27,310 nt of DNA from Zygophlyctis sp. KS116 (taxonomy: Eukaryota; Fungi; Chytridiomycota): positions 1 to 27,310 of the forward strand of contig BAAFSQ010000133.1 in NCBI GenBank assembly GCA_054661495.1. The letters run 5' to 3'. The notes below the pieces were generated by a model that worked only from the letters and a program-made list of their open reading frames with translations, was not told the origin of the DNA and did no database searches. The stretch's first letter is position 1. The number at the start of each line of letters is the position of its first letter. The translations under genes and the position numbers were made by a program. Below are positions 23,530-27,310 of this stretch, piece after piece.

Positions 23530-25900
23530 AATTGCTCTCCCTTCCTCATAGCCATAATCTTTCTTTTTAATACAAATTTAATTACCGTCTGTTAATTTGC
23601 GAATTGCTTCATAGAGAGGCTTTCGCCGATTAAAAAACCTAGTTTCTGATTCTGATCTACACCAAGAATTCTTCTTTTCTAACAGAGGAGCTAAATATCT
23701 ACTATACTCACACCAAGCAGCTCTAACAGTATTGATTTTTCTGTCCATTGTGAAGTATTCTACACCTCCAAGATTGCTTGTACTATCTTTCCCACAATTA
23801 TCTTGAATAGTATTAGTAGACAGCTGTTGCGTAGATTGAGAAGACGACTGCATTTCATTTCCCAATCTACTCAACTGTTGTCCCATTGAGAATTTTTGCC
23901 TCTCCAGTGCGGCATCTAAATCTTCAGCAAAAGCTTTCATTTTTCTATCATATACCCTTCAATAAAATGGAATATCCTCTGATTTCAGAGAGCTGCTCGG
24001 ATATCACTGGTACCACTCTTTCCAGCTCTAAATTTTCAGGAGTTTTGGCGCTTTCACATTCTTGTAAAAGTTTTTTTTGGTAATCTAAGAATTCTAATGA
24101 TTTGAAGATCCATTCTTGTAAAAGTTTTTTTTGGTAATCTAAGAATTCTAATGATTTGAAGATTGGATTTTGAAAAATTGTGTGAGATTTATACTTTTCC
24201 AAAGTAAGTAATACAGCGGCATCTTGTAGAACTATTAGCCTCATATAATCAATTAATTCAAAGAAATTGTTTCCTATTTTTTTAAATCAAAAAAAGTACC
24301 TGCCAAATCCATAGAAGCATCTGAATTTTTAAATTTCACTTTCTCCCTGATAAAATCAGGAAAAATTAGATTGACCAACGCAGCAGGAGGCTCCACGTTG
24401 GCTCTTGCTACATAATATCTATTTCTTTCTGGACCAAAACTATTAAATTATAATTATACATTTTTTACCCAGCTGAACATCTCACAGCTTGCCATGGAAC
24501 GCAGTGGTTGGCGTACGCTCCATTCCTAGGGCCAGTAGACCAACCACCGTGCTTGTCGACTGAAGAAGCACTGGCACCTTTGTTTTTGAGGCCTGCAGCT
24601 CGTTTTCTGCCTGTTTGAGTTATAACAGAAGTTACAATATCAGGTTCTTTGAACTTTTCTTTTAATTTTTTATGTTGAGTGGTGTAAGTTAATTGTGAAT
24701 TTTCTTTTTCGCCCTCCAAAGCCCATATGTCATACCTAGATATTAGATTTTAAGTACATATATACCATAGAATCTTTTTAGAAAAATCCGGCGTTCTAGA
24801 AGGTGTAAATCGCGCAAAAAAATAGAGCGCGATTGCTCCAAATGGAAATTCTGTCACATCCATGTGTCTATAACTTAATGAACTCCTAATTTTTTATCTT
24901 AACATTCCAGTTTCTTGTATATTTCCAAATTGATTTTTCTACAAATTATGGCTGTATAAAAATTTACCTTGGACTTTCTCCAGACTGTTCGAAATAAATG
25001 GGCACCCTTCGGCCCTTCTGCTGGGAAATATTTAACACCTATATCTGAGATGTATAAATTTCTCAGTTGGTCTCCTCGACTGCATACTCCATAGGACATC
25101 ATGAAATCCGCGCGAAATTTTAAGCCGTCCTACCTTTAAGCTTGTACGCACTTACCTCACAATTCTGATTCCAATACGCATAGCAAACGTCTTTCAATGC
25201 TCCATCTGGAATTTCATCAATCATTGTGCCTTTTTCTCGGTCTTTATGTGATTTATTCTCTATTTCTACCATTTGTTTTTTTTTATTTTTGAGTAATTGC
25301 TTGACTAATTCTGGTCTGCAAGGTGCTGGTCCTGTAGAGCCTGAAAGCTATAATCAAAAAAAATATGGTTACCATATGTAGATTTTTCCAATGATTTACA
25401 ATTGCATTCGCATATTGTTCTAATAAATTGTATCCACATATTTTGAGCTCTGGCGGTGGTGTTGCTACAAGTAATTCTTGTACAGAAATCGAATTAGGTA
25501 AAGCAGGTCGTTGGGCTTCTTCACTCACTTCGATGTTTCCACCATCCGCAGATTTTCTTTTCCTGCCTCTCTGTCTTGGAGGTCTGTTTTGAACTTCCTC
25601 GCTCAAGAATCTATGTATGTTTTGTTTGTTATTTCATTTGGTCTGTCTGGATACTTTACTTTACGCAAGTTCTTTTCTTTTAGTTAAAGTAACATACCAT
25701 AAATTCAACAACTTTTGGGTCATAACATTTTTTATTATTTGATGCAGTATACTGCCGAGTTTGCATATGAGTGGCCATTGCATGCCTTTGTTCTTCTAAT
25801 CTATTGTCAGCAGCTCGTATAAGCATGCCCTGTACTATTATAGTAGCTGTTGGAGATGCTTGAGTTTCCATTTTTTGAGAAGTAGGCGCGTGCTTCAAAA
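23530..25900 (-). mobile_element. Crypton (CryptonF-like) tyrosine-recombinase transposon gene with Ndc10-like YR domain and C-terminal GCR1_C domain, pseudogenised
   Basis: After removing 8 mini-introns: DREKGTM, SRGDQLR (Arg), KSKKNQFG (Lys), LRHMDV..FPFGAIALY, TQTGR (HxxR with H to Q), GGW, AY, AGF..Y..R..VEPP..L..IFP, LQDAA. GCR1_C-like MDRKINTVRAAWCEY...W...FFNRRK. Frameshifts near 23945 and 25615. Confidence 0.88.
24057..24163. repeat. 54-bp in-frame tandem duplication
   Basis: Duplicates IFKSLEFLDYQKKLLQE; copies start at 24057 and 24111. Confidence 0.93.
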
Positions 25901-26049
25901 TTCCCCTAAAACTCTAAAATATTCGAAATAAAATTCTCTTCAATAAAGTTATTCGGGATATTTTTGAATAAGCATGAGGACCGGTCTGAAACCCGCGAGC
26001 CTAAACCCGCGTAACCTCGGCGAAAAAGCCGCGCTCGGTCCGGACCAAA

Positions 26050-26560
26050 AAATTTATATTTATAAACTTTTCAAATTGAGAACGTCCAAGTGGCTTTGTC
26101 ATTATATCTGCCACTTGTTCATCTGTAGGAAAATATAGCAGATTGATCATCTTGTCTCGTTTAGCTTCTCTTATAAAATGATATTGAATAGCTATATGCT
26201 TCTGCAACCCTAACCCTAACGCAGACTATATTCTTTCGTGGTCTTTAAATATACCAACATCCTTTTTGGTGCTGGTTTTGTTACATATTTACTCAACAGG
26301 TTAACTGCGTATGTAATTTCAGGTCTAGTCTGTCTAGAAATATATAAAAGGCTTCCAATTAACGATCTAGATGGTACTTCTCCTCTTATAATTAAATCTT
26401 GTGCTAACCCTTCGTGATTCTAGCCTATCTTTGAACAAATTTCCATAGGTTTGTATTTGTCTTTGGCATCATTGACTTTAAATTTTCCTGCCAAGTTTTC
26501 AAAATAATTTTTCTGACTATGATATATATAATTTTCTGTAACCTTTAATTACAATGTAAG
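26050..26560 (-). mobile_element. Ty1/Copia RT/RNase H fragment with internal deletion
   Basis: TPME-like PME, RSLIGSLLYI...TRPEITYAV, KRMLVYLKTT, then KHIAIQYHFIRE, EQVADIMTKPL. Confidence 0.9.
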
Positions 26561-26584
26561 ATGTGTGATATCATCTCTTTGAAC

Positions 26585-27310
26585 CAGTGTCAGGAAAATT
26601 ATAATTTCAAATTAATTTTTTTGAATGTTACAGGAAAATTAAATCTTCCATTAATTCTGCATAATTTTCAATTTTTTTATCCACTTTAGTAGAAATCGCT
26701 CTTTGTACTGTCATTTGACTCCAAAGATGAGCATTCATCTTTAAGAACATTATTGTCCCAAGGGTTCGTGGCAGCATATTGTTACGTAAATTAGTGAGAT
26801 TCAGCTTCACTTGACTAAAGAACCTTTCTTCAACATTGCTTGTACACGGTATCATTTTAAGATCATAAGTTTCCATCATTTGCTTCTTAACTATTTTCAT
26901 AATAGAGTCAATATAAGAGGCTTTTTCATTTGTAACAGCTAAAATAATGAAACATCTATGATCTTACAATTCATATGAGCAGCACTAACAGTCGCTGGAA
27001 CTTTAAAGCATTTCAAATATTCAACATCAAGATCATTCAATGTTTCTTCTCTAATCGCCTTCACTATAGCTTGATCAAACTCCTTACAGATGACAATATC
27101 AGCAGACGCATCTAGATAGTGCTTAAAATCTTCTCCAAAATCTTGAATCAGCCGGTCAAACATATAACGAACCATACTCAAGTCAATTGCCCCATCCATC
27201 TTCTGAAGCTCCAGTGACACAGATTTAATTTACGACTACTACACCCGATTAATGGTTTTTTCATTAAATGACACAGCTTAATATTGGTAGAGCAGTTATC
27301 TCCAACAAGA
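26585..27310 (-). mobile_element. Second hAT-like transposase, C-terminal part
   Basis: SVSLELQ, IPCTSNVEERFFS...R..MLP.TL..IMFLKMN..LW. TIR-like CAGTGT at 26585. Confidence 0.78.

Overview
AT-rich eukaryotic DNA, most likely an early-diverging fungus or relative (inference). No recognisable host gene. The window is a patchwork of about 13 broken transposable elements: several Ty3/Gypsy families, two Ty1/Copia pieces, two hAT transposases, a non-LTR (LINE-type) RT, a Crypton tyrosine-recombinase element and a possible KDZ/CxC fragment. Every element is pseudogenised, most by large internal deletions. Two signals are not explained by the TE annotation. (1) Short TTAGGG telomere-repeat tracts of 5-15 nt sit exactly at many deletion or fusion junctions. 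They include a head-to-head pair and one flanked by a target duplication, and their 3' ends are biased to ...GGTTAG or 1-3 nt short of it. This points to frequent telomerase-assisted end-joining of breaks inside TEs. (2) The hAT and Crypton genes carry ultra-short spliceosomal introns of about 25-30 nt. All alignments and counts were done by eye, so boundaries are approximate except where bases are quoted.
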